Source of the DNA: Felis catus
Taxonomy: Eukaryota
Direction: 5' to 3'
Length of the DNA: 64,000 nucleotides
Assembly (NCBI RefSeq): GCF_018350175.1
Contig: NC_058378.1
Coordinates: forward strand, 74,524,001 to 74,588,000
The stretch's first letter is position 1. Every line of letters starts with the position of its first letter. Both the position numbers and the translations under genes were made by a program. Positions 36,021-48,862 of this stretch are shown here, piece by piece. The notes under the pieces are model-generated. The model ran no database searches, had not been told where the DNA came from, and saw only the letters and a program-made list of their open reading frames with translations.

Positions 36021-39000
36021 TGTTCTTGCCTTTAATAGAAGGGCTTGAACCTAGAGAGGTCAAGCAAACACTGAAACCCTGAAAGAGGCACAGGGAATGA
36101 GGCAACTTTGTGAAACTCTGAACTGGCCTCCTTTTCTCCTTCTGTTGTTGAGAAAGAGAAGTTTTATGAGAAATCGATCTCTCCTGAGAACTTGGCCCTG
36201 CAGCCTGGGGAATGATGTGGTGTGATAGGACAGAGTTGTCAATCTGAATTTTTTTTAAATGGTTTATACATTCAATGTATTGGGACTTTTAAAATTTCTC
36301 AAACTCAAAGGATGGTCAAACTAAAATGATGCAGAGCGGAAAAAAAAAATCTAAACATTGTACAGAAGGTATTTTAACTAGTCAAATGAAAAACAGATGT
36401 CTTAAATTAAAACACATAAATTATTTGAGCTTAGAAATTTCATATATCTTTGTGATGAAAATCTATCACTCAAGACTTAATAAGATAGATTTTGAAAGCT
36501 TACATATTTGTATGTTTAGTTAATTGATGACATTCAATAAAATGTCTCTTTAAAAAGCTGCTTAAAATTATAGACAACAATGATTATGTTGTTATTATAT
36601 TATTGCCACTCGGGTATTACTATCAAATCTTGTTTAACTTTGGAAAGCTCAAAAGATATACATAGTGCACGGAAGAAAATAACAATCATCTGTATTTCCA
36701 ATACCTATGATTAAGCATTATTAATTATTTCTTAAGAAAAATTACTCCTCACTTGTTAAGAAAGATTACTACTTTTTATAAAAGTGATACATACTTATTA
36801 TAAAGAATTCACAACACTTAGCAAAATACAGAGATACATAAAAAAATTTTCCTTAAAAATGTCAATCATTTCACAAATTTGTATATTGACTTTCACAAGG
36901 GCCGAGTGACTCTTCTGGGTCTAAATTTCGGGAAAGTTTTTAAGCTGCCCTATGGAGTGTTAGTATTACTCTTCTGGGAAATATCAATTTCTGTTTTATA
37001 CTTAATAGTTACAATGAGGTAGATTTTCAAACCTTGGACCAGTTCCATTCTGAAAGAGTAATGTCCTCTTTCATGGGTGAAAATGGAATCAACAAATTAT
37101 GTAATAAGAATTGAGAAAGCCATCAGCTTGAAACTTCATTGAGGACTATTCTAATTGGGGGAGATCGGTGTTGGGGTAGTTGTATCTACACTTGATCTTA
37201 GCCAAAAGGCTGGGAAGCGATGGAGCCTGGGGGGCGGGGGGTGGGGGTAGTTCTATCGATTCAGAGATCCTGGAGAGTATTTACAATTCTGCCGGTTTGT
37301 TTACTGCTCCTGAACATATTTCCCTAAGAGCTGGAATTTACACAAAAGCATCTGTAGCAACCTTGAGTCTCTTCTTCCCCAGGGCCTGCCATTCTGTCTG
37401 GGGTGGGCCAGCCAGCAGGTCATTTCTGAGAAAGACACCCCTCCTCGTTCTCGCCTCTTCTTCCAGATGCAAAGATTCCTAAGAAGGCATCTGAAGACAG
37501 TTTACCTCTGTACCAAAATCTTGGGTAACAGAGGCATCTTCTCTTAGGTGTCACCTAAGGAAACAAAAATGCAATGAAGACGGGACGACACATCCCATTT
37601 CCTCTGCAGTGTGTGGGGAAGTGGAGGAAAGCCTCTCTCTCTCTGGCTGACTCCAGGACGGGGACTTTAGATGAATTGCTATTTGTCTTTATTAATAACT
37701 TATTGTGTCTTTGTTAATAATACTTTGACATGGGATGTTTTTGCCTCCAAGATCGGCAGCAGAGCAAAACTCCTGTAAAAACATTTATCCTGCTTAATGA
37801 AAGGGTGCTCCAGGGAGAACACTTGATGGGAAAATGCATCAGGCTGAAATTGCATATATAGCTGGGCGTATCCGTCTAAGTGGAACTAGAGCTGAGGTCC
37901 CTTTTGGTGACATAATCCACAGAAATTGGTATGAGAGACGTCAGCGGGGCAAGTCCGTGGTGATCAAGGAAAACCACACTCAGTCATCCTGCACAAGAAA
38001 TAGCAGGAGAGGAAGCCAGGACTATACTGTATGTTAGCTAACTTGAGAATAAACAAACCAACAAACCAACAAATACATAAATAAATAAGAAATACTAGCA
38101 GAATACTTTTTTCCTGCCTTACTAAAAAGTGCTTTCTACCTGAATGACTGAATGACTCTTATTTTTATAAGTTCTCAAAAACCGGTTGATCTATCTTTTC
38201 CATACAGGGGATCTAGCTTCTAGAAAGAGTGGAGCTATCTTCTGCGCCCAAGTGCCTCCCCGGCCGGGATCCCTGGCTCTGCCACCGGTGAAAAACGAAT
38301 GAGAAATAATACTTCGTTCTCAAGTTTTGTGACAGCCACACCATGTTTGTGAGGAGCTGGCATTATGGACTTCACTTAACAGATGAAGTGGCTTGTCTCA
38401 GGTCACGTGGCTAGGAAGTGACCCGGATAAGACTTGAACCCCCTTTTTTTTTTGTCTTCAGCGTTTTGCCTCTGACTCCACAGATCCTGGGCAGTTTCGA
38501 GAATATGTTATTATTCACATGACACTTTTGGCGTTATTATAAAACCAATCCCATGAAAAGCTTGCTCGAGAACCATTTGGAGGAGTGAATTTTATCGGTC
38601 TTATTGGGGGGCTCCAATCCTGGCCAAGTGGTGCCCTGAGCCAATGTGATCGTCTCCTTCTGCTGCAATCTTCTAGAAATTCAGGATAAAATGAAAAAAA
38701 TAAAATCCAAAAAACCACGTAGCTGAGCTTGAAAGAAAGTAACATCCTCAGATACAAGAGCAAATGCAAAGCCAGGGCAGAAAGCTGGCCAACTGTTAAG
38801 GGGCTGCCGTAGGGTTATGAGTTTTAAGCCTGAGCAGGGTCAGAAGCTAAAACCTGAGATCTTCACAAGGGGTTTTAGAAAGGAAAGATCCAGGATCTTA
38901 TAAAGGAAGCAACGTGAGGTGTCTCTCTGCCTAGAACTCTGCATGGGGCGTTGGTAGGGGTCCCCATGAGAAATCCAAATGAACTCACATAGATGCAGAG

Positions 39001-40544
39001 GCTGAATGTCACTGCTCGCGTGGTGTGGACATTCCACAGCAGGAAATGAATATAAAAACCAGTCCCCGACCTGCAAAGCTCAACAGATGCTAAACCAAGA
39101 TGGTTCTGTAACAGTATTTTCAAAACCTGAAACACAAGGGAAATAGTCTTGTGGCTGAACGTTTTTTGTTTTTGTTTTTTTCTTTTAATATGGCATTAGA
39201 ACTGGTGGTCACTACGAAACTTTTATTAAATAAATGATTGCCTTGGGAGCCCAATCCCAAGCTAAATCACTAACCCTTTCGGCAGGAGCGTGGGGTGTCT
39301 CTCCACGCCCAGAAGATTGGTCAATTTAGTTCCTGTCCTCGTTAATTAATTCTCTCTGCTACCAATTTAAAATTTGAATTAAAAAAAATAAAGAATTCAG
39401 CCAAATCAAAGAAAACTTGTTAAGTTGACTTAAATCATTACCAGTATAATTTTTAAAATTAGTTTAGGAAAACAGCAAAGGATATTAAGTAGAAATGATG
39501 TGAAATTGCTCGTTGAGTTGCTCTGTAGGACCAAGAGCCCACAGGGATACGTGAATTTTTTCTTTAACCTTTTCGGTAATTACTTCAGAGTAATATTCTT
39601 CTAATTAGGTAGCTTTCCAGTTGTCACTGTCTTCGTATAAAACTTTCGACAGTGATTGATTAGAGGGATTTGTCAACTTTGGGTTTCCAAGAGCTTAGGA
39701 ATATTTCGATGACCTTGAAAATAAATGGGAGTACACCCCTTTTTTCATCCTGGTTCCGGGGAGGCTCAAAGCCAAGAGGCGGCTTGTTTACTTTCACTGT
39801 AGCCCCCACCCCTCTGCAATCCCACTGAACCTGCCGTGACCTCCTTTGACCAAGCTTCTTCATCCACAAGGCAGCCAGAGAGCATCTTGTGGCCAGATGT
39901 GCGCCCCCCACACCCAGCGTTCCTGGGCTCGAATTCATAAATCCCCTGCTACCCGCACTGACTGCTTTCTCCCCGCTAACAAATGCCTCTCTGGACCGCT
40001 GCTCCCTGACCCACTTCCAAGGCAGGGAGGCGATTGGCCAATTTCTGAAATGACACAAGATCGATGAGGTGTCGTCATGCCCAAACCCAAGAAGATGACA
40101 GTTAGGCCTCATGCCCAAATCCTCCTTCTCCTTTCTTAGCAGGCACCAGGCTGTGGAAGTCATCCTGTAACACCACTGGGTCCGGGTAGTTCCTCCATCC
40201 CAGCAACACGGGGTGTGTTTGTGTATCCCGTCCACATAGGTGCAAACACCATCATAGATATCCAGTCCCCTTACTGATCCTCCAAGGTCTACGCATTTTT
40301 TTTCTGTCTGGCGTTTCTTACCTCTCAGTGCATTGAAAAAATGCTCAGTGGTGGAAAAGATACTTGAATATAGTACATTAGCTCCAGGAAAGCCAGGTTG
40401 GGTTGTGACTGTCTCAGATCCATATTCACCGGACAGAAACCATTTATACACTTGGGTCCACATTTCCCGCTTCTTCATTCTTTTCCCTTTACTTGTGGGG
40501 CCATAAGCAAGTTGACATTTACATAGCTCTTAACTAAAGATTTC

Positions 40545-40740
40545 TATCTTTATTCTCCCATCTGATGCTCTCTACAGCCCTGTGAGATGGGCAGTCCTGG
40601 TGTGTGTTACAGACGGGGAAAGCAAAGCTCAGACAGGTGGAAGTGACTTGTATAACATCACATAATCGTAAATGATACGGCTGGTTCTTCAAACCCAAAC
40701 CTCCACTCCCTAATCCCGAGACTTTCTGCTGTAACATTAC
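40545..40740 (-). mobile_element. MIR
   Basis: CAGCCCTGTGAGATGGG...TTACAGACGGGGAAAGCAAAGCTCAGACAGGTGGAAGTGACTTG. Confidence 0.7.
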
Positions 40741-42459
40741 CAAGTCTCCGGAAGGTATCTTCTTCAGTCTCCTTCTCGTTTTGATGAGTGAACTGAGCCC
40801 CAGGACTTCTGACGATTACCTATTTGCAAATAGATAATGATAGAGCTGGCAGGGGCCAGGTCCTCCTTGCTCTTCGTCCATGTCTCTTTCTACTCCCCTC
40901 TGCTCCTGTCCCTGCCCTCCCTGCACTCCACTGTCCCATGCACCCAGACAGCATGCATGGTGATCTGTGTTCCCGGCACGAGTGGTAAAGAAAGCTACTG
41001 CACTGATCCCAGGATCCTATGTTTCCAAAACTTGGTGGCACTGGATCATCAAATGAACGTCGCCCACCTCTCATACTCAGCTCCGTTGTCTTATAGATTT
41101 TTCTCCTTCTGACTCTCAGATGCTTTTATAGAATGAACTAGCAAGTCCCAAGCAACGGGTTACTGAGACGCAATGGATATGGACAAGCAAAACACTTCTC
41201 AGGACAGTAAACTCTTTTTTTTTTTTCTTTTTTTCCTTTCAATTTTTGTCATGAGCCATGTTCTCTCCTTGCCTTCTTTACAGTTCTGGAAACACAGAGG
41301 CAAGGCTTGATTATTATTATTTCTGCAGCAGGATTTCCTCATCGCTCGTCCTTCCGGTCACTTTGGCAACAAAACGACATCTGAGTGTTGTTGCCAGAAC
41401 ATCCCCCTTCCCAGTCCCAGGATTTCCGTGCCGTCACTCATGACATGCCACTTGTCCAACTCTGATAAAGAACAATGATTGTCTCTCTCATTTCTATAGT
41501 TCTTTACAGCTTATAGAATCCTTGCCGATCATTTTTTTTTCTTTTACAATTTCATTTACTACTAATAAAGCTGAGTTTCAAAAACCTTAGGGAATTTGCC
41601 TCAGATCAAACAGCTAGCAAGCGGCCAACCCATTGACTCCAACACCAATGCCACGGGGCAAACCCTAAAACGCATCAACCCATCATCAGAAGAAACCTCG
41701 CAGGCCTGGGTCAAAATCGCCAGGGTTTATTGATCATGCAGGTTCGATAAGAGGCATTGGAGGATATTTGAAGCAGTGATTAGATATGTCTCTCCACTGA
41801 ACTTTACATTTTTTCAAAGGGGATGCTTGTGGTAAGTTACTCGTGGTCATAGCCTTGAATGACGCCGGGAACCACCACCCACCCGATGTTTTGGGGAAAA
41901 TGGGAGTTTCTCTCTAACGTAACTTGGGTGAAACGTTGACAGCGATTTCTCTTACGTGAATAGAATCATAGTTTTATAACGGAAAAACCTGCCTCAGTCT
42001 TCGGGACTCTGGAACTGAAACTGGCTATGGCTACCCCCCCAACACACCCACCCACTTGCCCCCTAACATTCCCAGCTCCTGGCTTTCCATCCCTTTCTGG
42101 AACAGAGCCAGTAGGGAGAAGCTTATTTTCTCACAAAGCAGCCTTTTGGGTTTTGCCAGAAGTCTATGTTATGGAGAAGTTCTTAGACCAACAGAACAGC
42201 TCTGCTTCTGCCTATTAGCTTTCATTTTTAGCCTGATGAGGGAATTCGGGCCAGACAGGTGAGGTGTCCCACGGGGGTCATGGCCCCTAACAGGGCTGAC
42301 AGAGCCAGCAACCCTGTCAACGAAGGGCCTTTCCAAAGCATATTCCCTAGACAAGAGCAAGGGTTCTATTCTCCTCTGTCCAGAGTTGATCTGGGCAGGA
42401 AAGAGCGCCTGGGTGGTACTTGGGTATTTCTGAGGGATGGCCGCGGTGACCCGCACTTT

Positions 42460-42606
42460 GCCGGTAATTGTCACACTTTATGGTATTTGCTTAATTGTCT
42501 GTGAGCTCCATGAGGACAAGGACTGTGTCTCTCTGGCTTGGCAGTGTATCCAAGGACCGGGCACCCCTCTTAACGGTGTAAAGACTTGCATTCTCAATAA
42601 ATAAAG
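42460..42606 (+). mobile_element. L2 3' end fragment
   Basis: CTGTGAGCTCCATGAGGACAAGGACTGTGTCT...CTCAATAAATA. Confidence 0.65.
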
Positions 42607-42981
42607 AATAAACCCCAATTCCCATCCCCCTCAGGACCTCTCTGTCCCCTATCCACGCGCTTGCCCCAGTCTGCCACTGAAGGTCATGCGAACTTGTCCC
42701 AAAGGGACGGGCTTCTTGTTTTAGAAACACAGGATTCCTGGGACCGATTTGGTCATCGAGACGCAAGAGCCAAAAAAACACGATCCTCATGTTTGAACTT
42801 TTCTTGTCCCTCAGAGATCATCGTCAAATTTTTCACCTCGAAAAAGTCGGGAGGAGAATATTAAATGCAAATGGACTCTGGCAGGGTGAGTGATTATCAG
42901 GCCAGTACAAGAACGCACTTCTGCGTCCACTCTTGAGGAGGGAAGGAGGCAAGGTCTCAGCTCTAAGTGGGAGATTTATTT

Positions 42982-43177
42982 NNNNNNNNNNNNNNNNNNN
43001 NNNNNNNNNNNNNNNNNNNNNNNNNNNNNNNNNNNNNNNNNNNNNNNNNNNNNNNNNNNNNNNNNNNNNNNNNNNNNNNNNNNNNNNNNNNNNNNNNNNN
43101 NNNNNNNNNNNNNNNNNNNNNNNNNNNNNNNNNNNNNNNNNNNNNNNNNNNNNNNNNNNNNNNNNNNNNNNNNNNNN
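42982..43177. other. Assembly gap (196 N)
   Basis: Run of N. Confidence 1.
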
Positions 43178-44214
43178 TCTTGTTCGCAGACATTTGATAT
43201 TTGCAGATGTGCGGCCAAATCTGCTAACTACCCACTTGCCAGTTTAGCTCCTGATTAGAAGTGGAACTAGTGAATTATCCACATTTGAGTCCAACATTTG
43301 AAGAATAAATGGGTCCAATTAATTCTTTGTCACATCCTTGTCAAAATAAGAGCACTATGCCAAAGAAAAGAAAACAACCGCCTGTACCTACAGAGGGTAA
43401 TTTGGGATATCAGCAAACAGTTAATCTTGGAAAACACCGAAACATTGCAGGGTACAAAATATTTGCAGAGTGCTCTGCCGGTGAGCTGAGATTTCCTATG
43501 GAAAAGGAGACAAAGACCCTTTCGGGTGATCTAGAATGCTGCCCACTCCATTTGGTCCTTGTTGTTAGAGGCTGGGAGGAAGGGACCAATTCTAACTCCT
43601 TAATTAAAACTCAAAACAAAAATTGAGATTGCAGGTGCCTAAGTAGAGGGTGAGATTTTCCCAGACGAACAACATTTTTACGCTTGGTTAGGCATCTGAT
43701 TGCAGCCTCATAAACATTTTCGTAAGCATTCTTATTTTTCTCCCCTGGAATTTTTCCGTGCATCTGTCTTTTTACATTTACAGGATTCCACCTTATTCTG
43801 TCTTTGCCCGTAGGGCACATGATATGACCTATGAAGTGTCATGCTGGGAAAAGAAACCGTGATCCCAACTTTCTACTCAGAAAGGTATCTGCTTCTGCAG
43901 TAATGATTACGTTGCTGCTTGGACCATGTCCACTTTTCACTTCTGATTAAATGTAAAGTTCTGATTACACCATGTCTCGGGAACACACAGGAAAATAGTA
44001 TCGTGAAACATTGTTTAAATTCAGTTTCATTTTTATGGAATGTCCATTATGAGCGATTCGATCAAAGCTCATTGCGTCTTTCCAGACATTTGGATGTTAG
44101 AGGCTACATGGCATGGCCAGAGCCTGGGGAAACAGGAAGGATTGGGACAGGTCATCGATTCACCCAGGTGACAGACACCCGGCTGTGGGGAGCGGGGCAT
44201 GAGAGAAGATGCCT

Positions 44215-44758
44215 ACAATGAGCTTCTCGTGGCTTCAGGGTGCTTTTAAGTATTTTGAATTAATATTCGATATTTAAACATGGAGAGATTTGGGGCACCC
44301 GGGTGGCTCAGTCAGTTGAGCATTTGACTCTTAATTTTGGCTCAGGTCATGATCTTAGGGTCCATGAGTTCGAGCCCCACGTTGGGCTCCACGCTTACAG
44401 CGTAGAGCCTGCTTGGGATTCTCTCCACCCCACCCCACCCCCCGCCCTGGCCACTCTCGCCCCCTCCCCTGCTTATGTTCTCTCTCTCTCTCTCAAAGGA
44501 AAAACATATATAGAAATTTAACATTCAAAAGCTAGATTTCTGGCTTTTCTTGAAAAAATCCAAAGATCTGGCAACACTGGACCTGTCTTCTTCCATGGCA
44601 GAGATCAGCTGGACGAGAGGAATGGCTGCCCCATTTAGGCAGAGCATGTGGCCTCCAAGGTGCCAGAGGTCCTACCATGTCCTAGTACTGACACCCTATG
44701 CTCTTGGTTCATCACCTTTACCTGACAGCTCCTGTGGCTTCTGAGTTTGTGACCCTTG
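44215..44758. mobile_element. MER102-like hAT-Charlie element, interrupted by a CanSINE
   Basis: CTTGAAAAAATCCAAAGATCTGGCAACACTGG...GGCTGCCCC...TGAGTTTGTGACCCTTG matches the recalled MER102. 5' limit uncertain. Confidence 0.7.
44292..44505 (+). mobile_element. Older CanSINE
   Basis: GGGGCACCCGGGTGGCTCAGTCAG head, GAGCCTGCTTGGGATTCTCT, short tail. Confidence 0.92.
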
Positions 44759-44984
44759 ATGCGCTAGAATAAATGCAGCTTCGGTGTTTGATGGGGTCTG
44801 ATTTAATTCTTGCCTCTGCCCTGGATTGTGTGTTGACTTGGATAGGATTTATTTTACTTTTTCTGATTCTAAATGAATACATGTTAATTTTGGAATGAAT
44901 GAAAGTGAAGACAAGTAAAAGTACAAAAAAGAATCGCCCAACTTAATAACTATAATATCTAAGTGGGTCACCCTTCGTTTTTTT

Positions 44985-45170
44985 CCTGTGATTTCTTAGT
45001 ACAATTGAGATAATACTGTATGTATAACTTTGTGCCTGCTTTCCACTTAATGTCATTATGCCTGTATTTTCCTATGCTTTGATAAATATCACATTTAATA
45101 ATTATACAGTATTGCATTGTATACGGTATACTTGACCATTGGTCTGTTGCTGGCCATTTTCTTTCTTTCT

Positions 45171-45219
<49 letters not shown>

Positions 45220-45600
45220 TATTATAAGTAATACTTTGATGGACATTCTTATGTATCAGTCTCTATTAAAGTTTCAGATTATTTCCTTAGACTAGATTCC
45301 AAGAGTTGCAAATACTATGCCAATGGGTAGGAAACTTAATTTAAAATTCATGGATCGCATTACCAAATTGTTCTCCAGAGGGTTGTCCCAAACTACGTTC
45401 CTACTAGTAGTATATAAAAGTTCTTATTTTATTTCAACTGCATAGCTTGAGTAATTTGGCTCATGAGGAAACAAAAATTGATGTGTTAAAGGTGGTATCT
45501 CAGTGGCATTTTATGTATATTTCTCTCACCAGCAGTGGATTTGATTATATTTTTACATTCAATAGCTACTTTAATTCCTTCTGATATAAATCATTTATTG
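44985..45600 (-). mobile_element. Old L1 (L1ME-like) fragment containing (TTTC)n at ~45158-45217
   Basis: ATTATTTCCTTAGACTAGATTCC...CCAAATTGTTCTCCAGAGGGTTG, reverse complement of the L1 3' region. Confidence 0.7.
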
Positions 45601-45859
45601 AATAACTTGTTTAATCTTAGCTTCATTTTCTTCCTCTATAAAATGGGTATGAGGCTCCACCTGCCTAGTAGGTTAGTTTTGTGAATTAAATCAGAGTGCT
45701 TACATAAAGATCTACATCCAGGATAGGCACTTAATATGAGTCACTGTTCTTTATTTCCTTGCAATTAAACATAAGGTCAAGCTACACTTTTTTGCTTTCT
45801 CTCTGTTGAATAAAACAATGTTGAACCGCAGCCCCTTAGAAACTCGATCTAATCATACC

Positions 45860-46070
45860 AGACATTTGTTGGTTCTCACTATGTGTTAGGCACCGTGGGT
45901 CTTCTTTGGGTGTTCACAAGAACTAGGAGGTGGTCGTCATTATCCTTGGTCTTCAAGTGAGAAGGCTGAGGTGTGGTGAGGTTTAACCACTTGCTGGAGT
46001 GGAAGAGACAAGGCAAGCTCGAGCCATCTCGTAGTGGAGCCCACCCTCTCAACCATCAGGCCGCACTATC
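45860..46070 (-). mobile_element. MIR
   Basis: CATTTGTTGGTTCTCACTATGTGTTAGGCAC...GGCTGAGG...CTCTCAACCATCAGG. Confidence 0.55.
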
Positions 46071-46345
46071 CAGTGAGGGGTCCTACTCGGTACTCTGGTC
46101 CACCAGTGGGGCTACCCAGATTCCTACCTCCTCTGCTCTAACACGGTGATCTGACGAGGGTCACACCCCAGTTCTGGGCCCAGCATTCTCCTTGGTTAAA
46201 TGAGAGGATCTGAATAGATGATCCCGAAGTCCCATCCGCGGGTACAGGGGTAACTTTACAGACAGGTGTGTGTGCACACCTATCTGCACACTCACCCGTA
46301 GACACACTGAGAAGTCAAGCAAGCATATACATGCTCATGCACTCG

Positions 46346-46439
46346 TGCACACACACACACACAGACACACACACATCCCTTGAGGAGAGCCAACCCTAGT
46401 AAACCAAGTTTTGGGGCTGTTTTTCTTCCTAGTCTTCTA

Positions 46440-46486
<47 letters not shown>

Positions 46487-46600
46487 AAATACATATATAC
46501 ACAAATATGTATACATTATAATAAATTATGTAAAATATATACACTCATATACTTGAATAGGTAAGTATACACATACATATACATATGCAAATACACATAC
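46346..46600. repeat. (CA)n, (TA)n at 46444-46481 and TA/CA-rich low-complexity sequence
   Basis: Directly visible dinucleotide runs. Confidence 0.95.
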
Positions 46601-47694
46601 ATGTGCTTATTGTGTGCTAGACTTTGTTCTAGAAGCATTATTGGTATTCATTTGCTCAGTCCTCACAATGATGCTGTGCGGTAGCTCTTATTATCCCATT
46701 TCCCAGAGGAGGAAGTGTAGGTACAGCTCTAAGCACGTGCTCGTACCCACTTTCCTCTGCCGCCCTCGTAGATGGAGTTGTTGCTTTAAACAAGTTCAAA
46801 TAAAGTACGAGTAATCCCTAAGGCTTGACAGAATATATGTCTTATCAGTTTTTACGTTAATATAGTCACAGAAGCCTAGCCCAAAAGAGATAAGATCATG
46901 AGCACTTATATCACCTTCTCTGCCGTGACTTAAACTATGTTTCCTCTGTTCATAGGAATACATGGAATCACAGCATGGCTTTGAGATTTTGCCTTCTTCA
47001 ATTAATATTATATCATAAGCACTTCTATGCCACTACACAGTCAGCACACCCAGAGTTTAAAACTGGGGACTAACGTCTTATCAGGTGACCAATCTATTCA
47101 TTTACTTACCCCTTATTATTATGTTACTGTTATTTCCAATTTTCTTCACAGTTACCAGCCACACGGCAATGAACACATCTATTCATGTAGCATTTCATTT
47201 TTCTTGGGGCTATTTTTAAAAATCAATTTAAATCAAAATAATTACCTGCCGTTGATGACTTTTGGTTTCAAAAATTAATTCTGTAACTTCTAGTGCTCTC
47301 ATAGTCCTTAAATTATGACCAGTGATTGCACTGGAAGATGACAGAGAAACAAATACAATAATGGATACGTGTAGTATTCTGCACCCGAAATTTGTGACAA
47401 AAACACACAGGAGATGCTTTTGCAAGGGGATTTAACAGTTGTTTATTTTCAAAGCAGTTTTTTTTTTTTTTTCTTAAAGGGAAGTTCCTCCAGGGCCGGT
47501 TTATTTTGCAATGATCACAATTTCTTTTTGAGCTTGCAACCGAAGGGTTCGAAGCTCTTCTAAGTTGTGTGGCTGGATCTACAATTATAGGACAACAGAC
47601 ATAGATGTTTCCCTAGAAATTTAAGGACTAATGAACACAATTAAGAAAACGTTTATGTTTAGCCTGAGGAAGAGAGGCCGTGGAAGGGAGGTCA

Positions 47695-47807
47695 TTACCG
47701 CAACCATCTCAGTTTGCCAGAACCAAGGGTTTCCTATCTAGGACATGGGACTTTCAGCATCACCAGTGGGAAGGTTCTAGGCAAACTAGTAGGTGTCGGT
47801 CACCTTA
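47695..47807. mobile_element. MER81-like hAT-Blackjack MITE
   Basis: CAACCATCTCAGTTTGCC...GGGTTTCC...GGACATGGGACTTTCAG...GGCAAAC...GGTCACCTTA. Confidence 0.7.
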
Positions 47808-47971
47808 ACAGGGATTCGACATTTTCTGTAAATCCTCCAAGGACAGAAACCAGGCCGAGGCTGAGTTCTCCAGCTTAGCATCAAGTGGACCACAATGGAG
47901 CAGCTCAGCTTGCCGGTCTCAGAATACACTCAAGACAAAGCAGGGCAACACACGTTGACTCTGCAAAAAAA

Positions 47972-48150
47972 GCAGTGGTTCTCAAATGGTGCTACAGAGT
48001 AGGATCATCTGGGAAACATTTAAAACTCCCCGTGCTCCGGGAACATCCCAGAACAATTAAACCCAAATTGCTGAAGGTGAGTTCAGACTTCAGTAGTTCT
48101 AAAAGCTCTTCAGGGCGATTCACACACCAGATGAAGGCTGAGAGCCTGTG
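47972..48150. mobile_element. MER5A-like hAT-Charlie element
   Basis: CAGTGGTTCTCAAA terminus...ATCATCTGGG...AAAAGCTCTTCAGGGCGATT. A second MER5-like piece around 48210-48527 hosts the SINE at 48247. Confidence 0.65.
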
Positions 48151-48246
48151 CTGTAGGTTGAGGCTTCCAGAACTCTCCTGCTTGTAGGAATCACCGGCAG
48201 TCTTCATGAGGGCAGTCTTAATCAGTAGCTCTGAGATGCCACATTT

Positions 48247-48456
48247 TTTTTTTCAACGTTTATTTATTTTTGGGACAGAGAGAGACAGAGCATGAACGGG
48301 GGAGGGGCAGAGAGAGAGGGAGACACAGAATCGGAAACAGGCTCCAGGCTCTGAGCCATCAGCCCAGAGCCTGACGCGGGGCTCGAACTCACGGACCGCG
48401 AGATCGTGACCTGGCTGAAGTCGGACGCTTAACCGACTGTGCCACCCAGGCGCCCC
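48247..48456 (-). mobile_element. Young feline CanSINE (SINEC_Fc1-like)
   Basis: Perfect 14-bp TSD GAGATGCCACATTT at 48233-48246 and 48457-48470. Confidence 0.97.
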
Positions 48457-48646
48457 GAGATGCCACATTTCTCAAAAGCTCTCAGAACAAGGTGATGCTG
48501 CTGTCCTAGGGAGCAGTTTGAGTACTGAACTTGTAGCAGAGACTCAGGCATTAGAAGAGGTAGGGAGAACACGTGTACGGCTGGGGAAGGGGGGTGAACT
48601 TGGGAATTACAACGGGCCAACCTCACTTTAAAGATTCGGAGGTCTT

Positions 48647-48862
48647 GGGGCGCCTAGGTGGCTCAGTAAGTTGAGCGTCCAACTTTGGCTCAGGTCATGA
48701 GTTCATGGTCTGTGAGCTCGAGCCCCGCGTCGGGCTCTGTGCTGACAGCTCAGAGCCTGGAGCCTGCTTCACATTCTGTGTCTTCTTCTCTCTCTGCCCC
48801 TCCCCTGCTTGCACTCCTCTGTCTCTCTCTCTCTCTCTTTCAAAAAACAAACATTAAAAAAA
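48647..48862 (+). mobile_element. CanSINE (SINEC_Fc2-like)
   Basis: Full body. Degenerate TSD AAGATT....GGTCTT. Confidence 0.94.

Noticed and set aside
46099-46113. CTCF-like CCACCAGTGGGGCT (and GCCAAGTGGTGCC near 38623)
   Set aside because: Only partial matches to the core motif, which cannot be supported without PWM or ChIP data.
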